A stretch of DNA of 64,000 nucleotides from NCBI RefSeq assembly GCF_020745735.1, contig NC_083409.1:19364341-19428340 (forward strand). Direction: 5' to 3'. The notes under the pieces were generated by a model. It ran no database searches and was not told the DNA's origin. It worked only from the letters and a program-made list of their open reading frames with translations. Source of the stretch: Hemiscyllium ocellatum (lineage: Eukaryota). Shown in pieces: positions 23,883-38,314 of this stretch. Both the position numbers and the translations under genes were made by a program. The stretch's first letter is position 1; each line of letters opens with the position of its first letter.

Positions 23883-26800
23883 AACAGATGAACAACACCT
23901 TTGCTCATCAACACTCCACAGGGCCCTACAATTCAATGTATGGGTTCTCCCTGGTTTGGCTTTCAAAAATGCAGCATCTCACTTTCTCTATATCGAACAC
24001 ATCTGCCACTCCTCCACCCATTGCCTTATCTGATCAAGGTCCTGCTGTACTCTGAAATAATCTTCTTTACTATATACTGCATCGTATAATATACACTGTT
24101 TTTAGATTAGGTTAGATTAGATTACTTACAGTGTGGAGACAGGCCCTTTGGCCCAACAAGTCCACACCGATCCGCCGAAGCGCAACCCACCCATATCCCT
24201 ACATTTACCCCTTACCTAATACTACGGGCAATTTCACATGGCCAATTCACCTGACCCGCACATCTTTGGACTGTGGGAAGAAACCGGAGCACCCGGAGGA
24301 AACCCACGCAGACACGTGCAAACTCCACACAGTCAGTCGCCTGAGCCGCGAATTGAACCCGGGTCTCAGGCGCTGTGAGACAGCAGTGCTAACCACTGTG
24401 CTACCGTACCGCCCACATTAAACTCACTAACTGTACCACCAACATTCACATCCAAATCATGCTTTCAAATTATAAAAGTCAGCATCAATCCTTGTGGCAT
24501 ACCACTGGTCACAGACCCCCAGTCTGAAAAGTAGCTCTCTGCCAACATTCTTTGTTTCCTATCTTCAAGCCAATTTTATATCCAAATGGATCCCCTGTGA
24601 CCTAACCTTTCTAACCTGTGTACCATGTGGAATCTTGTGAAATACTTTGCTGAAGTCCATGTTGAATATGTCTGCCTTTATCAATCTTCTTTGCCACTAC
24701 TTCAAAAAACCTCCATCCCTCAGAATCCCTTCAAAAAATACGTACCCACCACTGACATCAGGCTCACCGGTCTATAGTTCCCTGGCTTTTCCTTACAGCC
24801 TGTCTGAAATAATGGTGCAGCATTAGCCAACCTCTCCAGTACTCTGGCTCCTCACCCATGGCTGTTAATGACACAAATATCTCAGCAAGGGGCCCAGCAA
24901 TCTCTTCCCTAGATTCCCACAGTATTCTGGGATACACCTGATCAGGTTCCAGGGATTTTTCCAAGTTCCGTGGCTTCCATGCCGTTCTCCATTGTAAACA
25001 CAGCTGCAAAATATTCATTTAAGATCTCAACCATCTCCTCTGTCTTACCAAAAAGCAGCACCTTGCATTTATCTGAATTAAACTCCATCTGCCATTCCTC
25101 GGCCCAATGGCCCAGTTGATCAAGATCCCTTTGTGCTCTCAGATAACCTTCTTCAGCGTCCACTATGCCACCAGTTTTGGTGTTCCACAAATGTACTAAT
25201 GATTCATCCTTTCTTCACATCCAAATCATTTATATAAATAGTGAACAACAATAGCACAAGTTTCCACAAAAAAAACCCATGATGACGATCCCAAATCAGT
25301 CCTTGCCTTTCCAAATGCATGTAGATGCTGTCCCTCAGAATTCCTTCCAACAACTTACACACCACTGGTGTTAGACTCACTGGCCTATAGTTCCTTGGCT
25401 TTTCCTCGCAGCTTTTCCTCAATAATGGCACAACATTAGCCACCCTCGAATCAGACAGCACCTCACCCGTGGCTGTTGATAATACAAATATCTCAGCAAG
25501 GGACACAGCAATCTCTTCTCTAGCTTCTCACAATGTCCTGGGATACACTTAGAGTCATAAATCAGATTTATCAAATTTATGCATTTTAAGAACTCCTCTT
25601 CTGTAATGAGGATTCTTGTCAAGACATCGTTATCTATTTCCCTGAGTTCCCAAGCTTTCATGTCTTTCTCCCCAGTATATAGATTCATGAAATATCCCTT
25701 TAGAATGTCACCTGTCTTCTCTGGGCCCACACATATGTGACCTCATTTATCCTTAAGGGGTGCTATTCTGCCCCCAGCTAATCTTTTGTCCTTTTATTAT
25801 TCAAAGAACACAGAACATAGAACATTATGGCACAGTACAGGCCCTTCAGCCTACTCTGAAGCCTATCTATCCCACATTATTCCATTTTCATTCCACTCGT
25901 TTATCCAATAACCATTTCAATGCCCTTAAAGGTGGCAGTGCATTCCACTCCCCTAATCCTCTATGAATAAAAAAGCTACTCCTGACATATGTCAAAAATC
26001 TATCACCGCTCAATTTGAAGCAATATCCCCTCATGCTATCCATCACCATCTGGGGAAAAAGGCTCTCACTGTCCACCCTTTCTAATCCTCTGATTATCTT
26101 GTATGTCTCAATTAAGTCATCTCTCAACCTTCTTCTCTCTAATGAAAACAGTCTCAAGTCCCTTAGCCTTTCCTCATAAGACCGTGCCTCCATACCAGGT
26201 AACATCCTAGTCAATCTCCTCTGAACCCTTTCCAAAGCTTCCACATCCTCCTGATAATGCTGTGACCAGAATTGTACGCAATACCCCAAGTGCGGCTGCA
26301 CCAGAGTTTTGTACAGCTGAAACATGACCTCATGGCTCCAAAACTCAATCGCTCTGCCAATAAAAGCTAACATACACACCTTACGCCTTCTTAACAACCC
26401 TATCAACGTGGGTGGCAACTTTCAGGAATCTATGTAGACGAACACTGAGATCTCTCTGCTCACCTTTACTACCAAGAATCTTACGATTAGCCCAGTACTC
26501 TTTATTCCTGTTGCACCTTCCAAAATGAATCATCTCACACTTCTCCACATAAAATACCATTTGTCACCTCTCAGACCGCCTCTGCAGCTTATCTATATAC
26601 CTGTGTAATCTACAATATCCTTTGGCACTATCCACAACTACACTGACCTCAGTGTCATTCGCAAAATTACTAACCCATCCTTCAGCACCCTCATCAAGCT
26701 CATTTATAAAAATGACAATCAACAATGACCCCAAAACAGATCCTCGTGGTACACCACTAGTAACTGAACTGCAGGATGAACATTTCCCATCAACCATCAC

Positions 26801-28810
26801 CCTCTGTCCTCTTTCAGCAAGCCAATTTCTGATCCAAACCGCTAAGTCACCCTCAATCCTATGCCTCTGTACTTTGTGCAATACCCTACCGTGGGGAACC
26901 TTATCAAATGCCTTACTGAAATTCATATACATCACATCAACCACTTTACCTTCATCCCCCTGTTTGGTCACCATCTCAAAGAACTTAATCAGGTTTGTGA
27001 GACATGACCTACCCTTCATAAAACCATGTTGAGTGTCCCAAATCAACTTATTTCTCTCTGGATGATTATAAATCCTATCTCTTAGAAATTTTTCGAACAC
27101 TTACCCGAAGTAAGGCTCACTGGTCAGGGTTGTCTTGACTCCCCTTCTTAAAATCTCCTTTTTATTCACTTTAATTCTTCCACTTCTGCCCTCAAAAGGG
27201 CTCAGGAATTGCTTGCCCTCCCTTAAGTATACTTCGACTGTTCCTGATCTACACCCCATATTATTCACCTCAGGAAATTTTTGCCAGCCTTTGACCTTAG
27301 TTTATTCAGAGCTGATGTGTCCTTACTCCATGGAAGTTGGTGATTTCCCCATTTGGTCATTTTGACCCCCGAATGGCCTTTGTTCTTTTCCACTGTCTCC
27401 CTAAACTTTGTGATGCAATGATCACTCTTCCCTAAATGTCCTCTCACTGACACTTGATCTACTTGAGCCTCCTCATTCCCAAAGTCCAGGCTGAGCAGAG
27501 CCTCCTTTCTCATTGGATTGGAAACACACAACTGGAGAAAATTCACCTGAACATACTCCCACAATGCTGGCCAAGCTCTGCCTGTGACACTGCTCCAATC
27601 ACAGGCTAAATTCAGATAATTAAAGTCCCCCATTATAATAACTCAGTAATGTTTCCACTTCTCTGTAGGTTCCTTGGAGATTTATTCCTCTGCATCCAGC
27701 CCACTGGTTGGTGAAACACAGACTGCACTGAGGATTCTGTGGTCATAGATTCAGAGAGTCATAGAGATGAACAGCATGAAAACAGACTCTTCGGTCCAAC
27801 CCATCCATGCCGACCAAATATCCCAACCCAATCTAGTCCCACCTGCCAGCACCCGGCCCATATCCCTCTAAATCCTTCCTATTCTTATACCCATCCAAAT
27901 GCCTCTTAAATGTTGCAATTGTACCAGCCTCCACCACATCCTCTGGCAGCTCATTCCATGCATGTACCACCCTCTGCATGAAAAAGTTTCCCCTTTTATA
28001 TCTTTCCCCTCTCACCCTAAACCTATGCCCTCTAGTTCTGGACTCCCCTACCCCAGGGAAAAGACTTTGCCTATTTATCCTATCCATGCCCCTCATAATT
28101 TTGTAAACCTCTATAAGGTCACCCCTCAGCCTCCAATGCTCCAGGGAAAACAGCCCCAGCCTGTTCAGCCTCTCCCTGAAGCTCAGATCCTCCAACCCTG
28201 GCAACATCCTTGTAAATCTTTTCTGAACCCTTTCAAATTTTACAACATCTTTCCGATAGGAAGGAGACCAGAATTGCACGCAATATTCCAACAGTGGCCT
28301 AACCAATGTCCTATACAGCCGCAACATGACCTCCCAGTCCTTGGTGTTCCTCTCTGATGTTGCATCCTGGTTTCCATAACCCTGCAAAGTTAGTTTAAAT
28401 CCTCTCCAATAACACTAACAAATTACCCCACAAAGAAATCTGTCCCAGCTCTGATCAGGAGCAATCCATCTGTCCTCTTCAAGTCCCGTCTCCCCCAGAC
28501 CCAGTCCTTGTGTCCCAAGAATCAAAAATCCTCCCTTCTGGATTCTCTCTCCATCCCCACAGTCACCTGACTTATCCTCCAGTTCCTGTACTCACTTGCA
28601 TGGAGCACTGGAAATAATCTGGAGATTCCTACTTTTTAGTTCCTGTTGCTAATTCCTTCCCAAGCTCCCTAAATTCTGACTGCAGGACCACATCCCTTTT
28701 CTCCCTCAGTCACTGGGACCACGACTGCTGCCTGTTCCCCCTTTCCCCTCAGTGTGCTCTGCAGTCGCTCAGTGACATCCTTGACCCTGGCACCAGGGAG
28801 ACAACACACC
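23883..28810 (-). mobile_element. Stack of CR1/HER1 fragments, including younger inserts (~25800-27110, ~27750-28330) and ORF1 esterase (28340-28810)
   Basis: ORFs 25888-26418, 26564-27100 and 27833-28387 with RT domains (DFSKAFDKVPH, SGVPRGSVLG, YCVQFWSP); part is collinear with 60740-61900. Confidence 0.88.
24102..24414 (-). mobile_element. HE1 SINE, near full length with (ATCTA)n tail
   Basis: A/B boxes, HE1 body and ttagattaggttagattag tail. Confidence 0.9.
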
Positions 28811-31800
28811 ATCCTGGATTCCCATCTGCAGCTGCAGAAACACCTATTGATTGTCCTCACTATTGAATCTCCTCTCACTATCACTCTTCCAGTCTTCCTT
28901 GTGACCCCCTGGACAGCCGAGCCCCCGTGGTGCCCTAGACTTGGCTATGGCTGCACTCCCGAGATGAACCATCATTCTCATCAGGATTCTGAACTGAATC
29001 CTGTTTGGAGAGTGGGATGCACTCAGAGGATTCCTGTACTAGCAGCTTGGTCCTTTTGGACTGTCTGCTGCTTCCCCATTCCCTCTCTCAATGACATGGC
29101 CTCCATATCTTTCTGCAGCAGTGAGTTCTACAGATTCACAAACCTATGGCAGAAGGAATTCCTCCTTATCTCACTTCAAAAGGGTCTTCCCTTCACTCTG
29201 AGGCTGTGCCGCCATGTCCCAGTCTCTTCCCCTGTTGGAAACATCTTCTCCGTGTCCACTCTAGATAGGTCTCTCAGCATTCTGTAAGTTTCAATGAGAT
29301 TCCCCTCATCCTTCTGAACTCCATTGAGTCCTCAACTGTTCCTCATATGATAAGCCCTTCATCCCTAAGATCATTCTTGTAAAACTCTTCTGTACACCCT
29401 CCAATGCCTGCACATTCTTCCTTATATACAGGGCCCAAAACTGCTCAGAATACATGAAGCCTTATACAGCTTCATCAGTACATCCCTGTTCTTGTGTTCT
29501 AGCCTTCTTGAAATGAATGCTGACATTGCATTTGCCCTCCTAACTGCCAAATGAACCAAGATGCTAATGTTAAGAAAATCCTAATTATGACTCCTCAATC
29601 CCTTTGTGATTCAGATTTCTGAATCCTTTCCTCATTTAGAAAACAGTCTATGCCTTTATCCTTCCTACTAAAGCGCATAAGCTCACACTTTCCCACATTG
29701 TATTCCATCTGCCACTTCTTTGTCCACTCTCTGAGCTGGATCAACTTCTTCTTCAGATTCTCCACTTCCTCAACACAACCTGTCCCTCCACTTATCTTTG
29801 TGTTGCCTGCAGATTTGACAGCAATGCCATCAGATCCTTTATTCAGATCATTAATTAATAATTCAATCATAGCTGTAGTCCCAGCATGGACCTGAGCAGA
29901 ACCACATTAGTCACCGGTTGCCATCCTGAAAAAGATCTTTTTATCCTACTCTCTGCCTTCTGCCAGGCGGCTAATCTTCTACCCGTGCCAAGAACTTGCC
30001 CCTAACACCATGGGCTCTTCTCTTCTTCGGTAGCCTCCTATATGGCACTTTGTCAAATGCTGTCTGTATATCCAAATAGATCACGTCCACTGGTTCTCAT
30101 TTATCTAACTTGTTCATTCCTTCCTCCAAGAATTCGAACAGGTTTGTCAGGCCTCCCCTTGATGAAGCCATGCTGGCACAGCCCGACTTGACCATACCCT
30201 TCCAACTCCCCTGCAATCTCATCCTTAAACTGAAGTCTACAATCTTACTCATGACTGAGTTCAGACTAACCAGCCTATAATTTCCTGTCTTCTGCTCCCC
30301 TCTTTTCCTAAACAGGGGCGTTACATTAACCATTTTACAGTTCTCTTGGACTCTCCCTGACTCCAGTGATTCCTGAAAGATCACCGTCAATGCTTCCACA
30401 ATCTGCTCAGCTATCTCCTTCAAACTCTGGGGTGTAGTCTATCCAGTCCGGCTGATTTATCCATCTCAGAATATTCAGCTTCCCCAGCACCTTCTCCTCA
30501 GTGATAACCATTACTCTCATCTCTGCCCCTGAATCTCTTTAAGTTCTGGTATACTACTGGTGTCTTCCACCATGAAGACTGATGTAAAGTCACTATTCAG
30601 ATCCTCTGCCATTTCCTTGTTCCCCGTTAGTACTTCTCCAGCCTCATTTTCCAACAGTCCAACATCCAGTCTTGCCTTTCTCTTAGCTTTTATATTTCGA
30701 CAAAAAAAAGTCTTGCAATCTTCTTTTATATTACCAGCTGGCTTACACTCGTATTTCATCTTCTATCCCCTTCTTACATTATTAGTGATAAGCTTACAGG
30801 ATCTGTGGGTTTTAAAATAGAGAATAAAGTATAAAAGCAATGAACTGATGCTCCACCTCTATAAATCACTGATTAGACCATATTTGGAGGATTGTGTTCA
30901 GTTCTGAGCACCTTATTTAATGAACAATATTAAAACCCTGGAGAGAGTTCAAAGGAGTTTTATTGGAATGATACCAGGAATGAGTGGTTTTCGATACAAG
31001 GAAAGCTTAGAGAGATTGGGCTTATTCTGCTCTGAGCAGAGAAGATTAAGAGGTGATCTTATAGAGTTGTTCACGCTTTTGAACAATTTTTGACAGGGTT
31101 AAGAAGGATATTCTGTTTCCATGAGTTGGTATCTCTGTAACTATGGGTAACAATTTCAAGATGGTCAGCAAGACAGCTAGGAGTGAGATGAGGAGGAATG
31201 CCTTGACAAAGGGAGTTGTTAGGATTTGGAAAATGCTGCCTGACAGGATGGTGGAGGTGGATTCTGTTGGAGGTTTCAACGTGTATATTTGAAATTAATG
31301 AAGATAGAGGGCAACAGAGATCAGACTGGAGAGTGGGGCTGGCTGGACAGCTCTTTCTAGAACCAGCACAGACATGATGGGTTGAATAGCCTCCTTTTGT
31401 ACTGGAAATTCTATTATTCCATTTCATCCTGTCAACTCTTTGCTTTCCTCAGGTCTTGTTCAATTTCACTCCTGCATTTTCTATCCTTCTCTCAGCTTTC
31501 TGCAGGATTGAACACTAGATAACCAACATCACCTTCCCTGTTTGGTCTGACCTACTCTGCCTGCTTTGACACATCCCGGACTGAGAGTCTAGATTTGTAC
31601 ATCCCCACCCTTACTCATTGTGGGAACAGATTCTGAATGATCTCTGTCTCGTCCTTCAAGGCCTCCCACTGCCCTGACACTGAGTTCCCGTCCAGTCGCT
31701 GTTTCCAGTCCACTTGTACCAAATCACCGCACAATTTAGTAAAATGGTTCATTTCCAAATGAAAACTTTTACCCAGGCTCCATGGTTCACCATTTCCATC

Positions 31801-32154
31801 CCTAATCTCAATCTCACTGAGTTCTGATCACTGTCACTGAAATGCTCCCCCATTGATAGCCCTTCCAGCTGTCCACATTCATTCCCTACACAATGGTCTA
31901 AAACTGTCCCTTCTCTCTCTGCTGCGTCACCATCACCTTCTCAGGGGCAATTAGGGATGGGTAATAAACGCTGGCCCTGCCAGTGACACTCACATCCCAA
32001 GAAGCAATTTGAACAATGTCTGTTCTTTTGTCGGGTTTGTTCGGTATTGATTACAAATGTTCAAATGGATTGTTTTGCCAGTTAATGTTCGAAGAGGTGA
32101 AACCCCTTTGAATTAAAATTCGAAGGGATTAAAATTGTTTCTCTTGTCTTTCAG

Positions 32155-32265
32155 ACCGTGACAACTCTCAGCCGAAGCTGACCCTGCTGCACCCCTCCCG
32201 GGAGCAGATAAATGCCAAGGGCACTGCCACCCTGGTGTGCCTTGCCAATCACTTCTATCCCGATG
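32155..32265 (+). pseudogene. IGKC: Ig kappa constant exon C2, 5' third only
   Basis: tctttcag|AC CGT GAC...: RDNSQPKLTLLHPSREQINAKGTATLVCLANHFYPD, then fused to sequence lying ~1 kb downstream in the C1 copy (reads on as AIGQ*). Confidence 0.93.
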
Positions 32266-32784
32266 CAATTGGCCAGTGACAAGCAGTGTCCTTCTTGGAG
32301 AGCAATGCTACATGATCAAACAGTGAAGGGGAAGGTTGTGCACAGTGGAAATAGACTGCTGCCCTGAGCTGATTGGCTGCATTTCAGCAGGTCATTGTCA
32401 CAATTGGCTACTTTGCCTGTCAATCCATTACATGTCTGTTGTAGGTGATATTGACAGCCAATCAGCAATCACTTTTAAATGATCCATTTGATCTGGATTC
32501 TGTCAAGGTTGCAAAGAGTACAGAAACTGAAGGCTGTTAGGACTCAATAATTACAATCTGAAGCATTCCCTCCTCACTCTGTTGGTCCAGACGCAGCTGG
32601 TGGGATCGCACTGTGCACTCTCTGTTGTATGCCTGGTAGCACCTGAAATGATGTTCGGCCTATCACAGATACTGCAGGCTGTGTGTTTCTGTAAGTGTGA
32701 GTGTATTACTTAATGCTGCTTGTACATGTCTCTTTGAGGTATGAGTATGAGTATGAGTGTGTGTGTGTGTAGGGGAAATTACAC

Positions 32785-33395
32785 AGACAGATACCTACAG
32801 GCAGCACTGAGTAACACACCCACATTAAGAGAGACACCTCCAGGCAGCACTGAGTAACATGCTCATGCTCAGAGCCACACCTACAGGCAGCATGGAGTGT
32901 GAGCATTTTACACAGTGCTGCCTATCTCTCTGACTGTCTGTGTTACTTAATGCAGCCTGTCGGTGTCTCTCTGAGGTATTTGTCTCTTAGCAGTGGATAC
33001 AGAATGGGCTTTGTGGTGGAGATTAAAGATTAGGCTTTAATCTTCTCAAATCATGAATGAAAAACAGTTCAGCTAATTCAGTCTGAGATGGCAGCTCATT
33101 AAGATGGCCAAATTTCCCCAGTTGCCTGAGGAGAGACACTGACTGGCGGAACTGTGTAACCTGCTCACGCTCAGGGAGACACCTACAGGCAGCATGGAGT
33201 GTGAGCATGTTACTCGGTGCTGTCTGGCTCTCATGTGTGTGTTATTCTGTTCTGATCGTCAGTATCTTACTGAGTGTGAATGTGTTACTCTGTGATGTCT
33301 GTAGGTGTCTCTCTAAATGGGTGTGTTATTCTGTTATGATCGTCAGTATCTGACTGAGTGTGAGTATGCTACTCTGTGATGCTTGTAGGTGACTC
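32785..33395. repeat. ~43-bp degenerate minisatellite (GACACCTACAGGCAGCACTGAGTAACA...) in both orientations, plus a ~425-bp-period duplication (32965-33110 and 33390-33525)
   Basis: Direct reading; three units are also present in arm A at ~14885-15005. Confidence 0.65.
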
Positions 33396-36300
33396 TGAGG
33401 TATTTGTCTCTTCGTGGTGGATAGAGAATGGGCTTTGTGATGGTACTTGAAGATAAGGCTTTAATCTTCTCAAATCTCAGATGAAAAACAATTCAGTCTG
33501 AGATGGCACCTCAGTGAGATGGTCAAAGTTAAAAATCACACAACACCAGGTTAGAGTCCAATAGGTTTATTTGGAAGTACAAGCTTTCAGAGTGCTGCTC
33601 CTTCATCTGGTCGCTAGCAGGGCAGGATCATAGTTTACAGAATTTACCGTGAAATTGAGTTGGCAGCTGAGAAAGGTGAATACTGAGAGTGTATTCTCAG
33701 TAAGGGAGGGATTTCAGAGTCAGTGCACACTGTGGTCCCTCATGTGTTACCCGATTACAAGGGGATTTTCTGGAGCCAGGGTCATTGCAGTAGTGGCTGC
33801 CTGCCCAGCTAATGCTGGTGAGCCATAGTCATATTTCAATGGTCAATTAGCCCTAAACTAAATGCAGCAATATTACCTTCCAGGGAGGGGAGGTTAAACT
33901 CTTGCAGCCCCAAGGGGCCCAATCTCACACATTCCTGAACACAATGGGCAATTTTAGCATGACCAATTCACCTAACCTGCACATGTTCGGAAACCCACAC
34001 AGACACAGCGAGAATGTGCAAACTGTACAGAAGCAGTCACCTGGGGCTGGAATCAACCTGGGTCCCTAGTGCTGTGAGGCATCAGTGCTAACCACTGAGC
34101 TACCTTGCCACCCATTAAAAAAAGCCCAAAAAGTTGAGCTTTTGTTAATCTCCGTGAGCCTGAGGTGATATAAACTATAAACACACAACCCTCTGCCAGG
34201 GAAGGTAGTGGAGGGTGGAAACCTCACAATCTTTAAATAAAATAACATTCAAGGATCTGGGACAAGTGCAGGAAGTTGGAATTAGAGTGCCTTTCATGGT
34301 AGCTATGTTGGTGCAGACTCAATGAGCCAAAGGGCCTTTTCTGCTCTGTATCCATTTATGCTCCATGCTGAGAGGACAGTGCAAGTTAATGGTGACTAGG
34401 TTAGGCTGTTCCAAATGGCGAACTCATCATCAAGGGTCAGAGGAAATGGCTCAAGCTTCAGGGAAGGCCTAAGAAGGTGCTTGGAATGAAGGTCAAGGCT
34501 AATGGAGATAAAGTCAATGGAGACTGAGCGAGGGCACAGGGTGCTGGCTGGCATCTCCAGGAGTTGTAATGAGGCATGTGGGGACAAGAGGGGAGTGTGT
34601 CGGAAGGGAGTGCAGTTTCAGATGAAATGCGACCTTTGCCGGCAGCGATATGACCTTGATGTCCCTGACTGTGTCAGGCTCACTGGCTGCTCTTCGTGTG
34701 ATTACACACAGCCACTTGTCTGGTCACCACGCAAAGCCTTGCTCATGTCTACACTACCATCTAACCACTGTCTGCACCCACTATCTACACCCAGCATCCA
34801 CAGCCACTGTCTGCACCCTTCAATTACACCTCCCATATTTCTGCTGTTGTAAGTTGTATCCAATAATTCCATTAAGATTACTGCAACAGAAACCTGAATT
34901 TCAGAATTGGCAATGATTATCTTCAAACCCTGACCTTCAAAGTCTGTGTTCCACAATGAGCTGATTAATATTAATTACTGAATCCCATTTGATTTCTGTG
35001 ATGGCAGGTCTGATGCATAAGGAGAGGTTGAGGTGGTAAGGATTGTGTTCACTGGAGTTGAGAAGAATGAAGGAAGGGAATCTTGGAGAAAGCTCTAAAA
35101 TTGGAACCAGACAAGACAAATGGAGTTTGGATGTTCCCAATGGTGCAAAGTTCAGCATCAGTGCTCATAGTTTAAGGCTGAGGGGTAAACCCTATAGGAT
35201 AGAGACGATGAAAAATGTCTTCACACAGAGAGTGGTGAGCCTGTGGAATTCTATGTCACAGAAAGTGGTTGATGCCAAAACATTATGTTTTCAAGAAGGA
35301 GGTAGAGATAGCTCTTGTGGCTAAAGAATCAAGGGATACGGGGTAGGGAGGGATTACAGTATAGTGCTCAATGATCAGCCACAATTATTTTGAATGGCAG
35401 AGCAGGCTGGAGGGGCTGAATGGCCTACTCCTGCTCCTATCCTCTATGTTTCTATGGAGCGTAAAATAGATTGCCAGATGGAGGTCACTCAGTCAGATGG
35501 GTTAGTATCCATTCACAGATTCCACCCACACCATTCCCCTTCCATTTTAATTGGACCCACTCCCTCTCTTCCTGCGTTTTTGTTATTTGACCAGTGACCA
35601 CACCTCCCCACCACCACGTCCCACCCACGTCACTCCCCCCAACCCTGGCAGGAGCTGTGCTTGTCACCCATTGCTTGTTTTAACTTACTAATTGGGTGAT
35701 GTGATGGTGAGGTTTTCAAAGGCTGGAAGAGCTGAATTCTTATCGCCTTTTGTGCTGATTTTGTTGTATGCCTCGATAAAAATATGGACGACATAACACT
35801 ACTGCCTCACAGAGCCAGGGAGCCAGATTCAAGAGTCAGACAGCACAGAAATAGGCCCTTCGGCCCACCATGTCAATGCTGACCAACAACCACTGAACTA
35901 CACTAATCCCATTTACCTGCAGTTGTGTCGAGCTGACTATGCCCTGGCGTTATAAGTGCTCATCCAAATTTTTTTAAAGGTTGTGAGATTTTTAGCCTGC
36001 ACCACCCTCTCAGGCAGCATGTTCCACATAGCTACCACACACTGGGTCAAAAAATACTTTCACCTTAATCTTATGACCCCTGGTCTTAAACAGGTCTGGG
36101 TGAGGAGCGGAGGCTGCAGAACAGTGTGAGAGGTCAGGAGTGGAGAGAGGGAGAACAGTGTGAGGGTGAGGAACGGAGGCTGGAGCAGGAAGATGCTTGT
36201 GTTCTGGAAAGTAGTGCATATAGCGAAGAGATCCAAGAGCTGGAAGGAATCGTCTCTGTGCTTCCGAACAGAAGTTTTATGGTGGGAAAGAGATTAAATC

Positions 36301-38314
36301 AGGATATAATGAGGACCAGGAACAAAGGCTGCTCATTAATTACAAATGACTTTAATCCTTATGTCGATTGTTTATAGTCAGAATTTTCTTTTTAATTTAT
36401 TCACAGGATGAGGACATCACTGACTAGGACAGCATTTATTACCCACCCCTAATTGTCCCAGAGGACAGTTAACAGTCATCCACATTGCTGTAGGATTGGA
36501 TTCCCATGTTGGCCAGACCAGGTCAGGATGGCAGATCCCTTCCCTAAAGGACATGAGTGAACCAGATGGGTTTTCCCGACAATCGACATGGATGCATGGA
36601 CATCGTTAGGCTCCTAATTACAAATTTTTAAACTTGATTTCAAATTCTCCCATCTGCCATGGTGGGATTTGAGCCTGTGACCCCAGAATCACATCTGGGT
36701 CTCTGTGCATTAATCACAGAAGGTTAGTGTGTAGGTACAGCAAGTCATCAGGAAAGCTCATAGAACGTTATGGTGTGTTGTGAGGGGAAACTGAATGCAA
36801 GGCTTCATTGCAAGATGCAAGATCCTGAGGAGCCTTGACCGGGTGGATGTGGAAAGGATGTTTCCTCTTGTGGGAGAATCCAGAACTAGGGATCACAGTT
36901 TAAAATTAAGGGAGAGTCCAATCAAAACAGAGATTCAGAAACATGTTTTTCCTCTCAGAGTTGTCAGTCTTTGGAATTCCCTTCCTTAAAAGGCAGTAGA
37001 TGCAGAATCTTTAGATATTTTTAAGGCAGAGGGAAATAGATTCTTGATGACTGAAGGGATGGAATATTATCAGAGAACGTAGAGTTGAGGTTAAAATCAG
37101 ATCAACCATCGAAGGCTGTCGCTTATATTTTCTACCTGCAGATTAAGCTGCATGTGCAATAGGCCTCATCTGCACAGTGTTTCCTCCAGCCTTTCACAAT
37201 GATATGTGAAAGATACTGGCCCCACAAACAGTCCTTTAACTCTGAGTTGTTTTATTTACACAATAAAACACATTACAAGGCATGAAGCAGACATTACAGC
37301 AAGCAATAATGGGCAGCACAGAGCCTCAAAGGTTAGCACTACTGCCTCAGTTCGGGACCTGGGTTCGATTCCACCCTCAAGTGACTGTATGTGGAGTTTG
37401 CACATTCTCCCTGGGTCTGTGTGGGTGTCCTCTGGGTGCTCCGGTTTCCTTCCACAATCCAAAAATGTGCAGGTCATGTGAATTGGCCATGCTAAATTGG
37501 CCATGGTGTTCGGGGATGTGTGGGTAGGTGCAGTTGTCAGGGAAAATGTCGAGTAATAGGGTGGGGGAATGGAATGCTCTTTGGAGATTCGGTGTGGACT
37601 TGTTGGGATTCTGTGAATTGATCTCAGTCTGTGCAGCTTGCAGACTCACAAGTGATTAACTGATAGGTGGAGTACACTCACAGGGGTGGATTGTCTCAAA
37701 GGCAATATGTTCACACACCACACAGCCACTGAACATCAAGAGGGGATAGTTACGTTCTCTCTTGTTGGAGACAGTCATTGGCTGGCAGTTGTGTGCCACA
37801 AATGTACCCTTATTGATGTTCCAAGCCCACATCTCTGGCGGTAAACTGCTTTGGAACATCCTCAGGTGATAAAAAGTGCCGTACATGTGGGTACACGATG
37901 GCTCAGTGGTTAGCACTGCTGCCTCACCGCACCAGGGACCCACCTTAGGCAGGTCTGTGTTGAGTCTGCACATTCTCCCTGTGCCTGTGTGGGCTTCCCT
38001 GGGTGCCCTGGTTTCCTCCCACAGTCCAAAGATCCGCAGCCTCAGTAAATTGGCCATGCTAAATTGCCCATAGTGTCAGGGATGTGCAGGCTAGGTGGAT
38101 TAGCCATTGGAAAATACAAGGATAGAACAGGGGGCTGGGTGGAGTGCTCTTCAGAGGGGCAATGTGGACTTGATGGGCTGAATGGCCTACTTCCACACTA
38201 TAGGGATTCTGTGATACAAATGCAAGTTCTTTCTTTCCATTCTAGCCCTGAAGCATGTGGTTCTGTCTCATTTCCACTCAAGAGATGGCAGCCCTTCGAA
38301 GACAGCAGCAGCCT

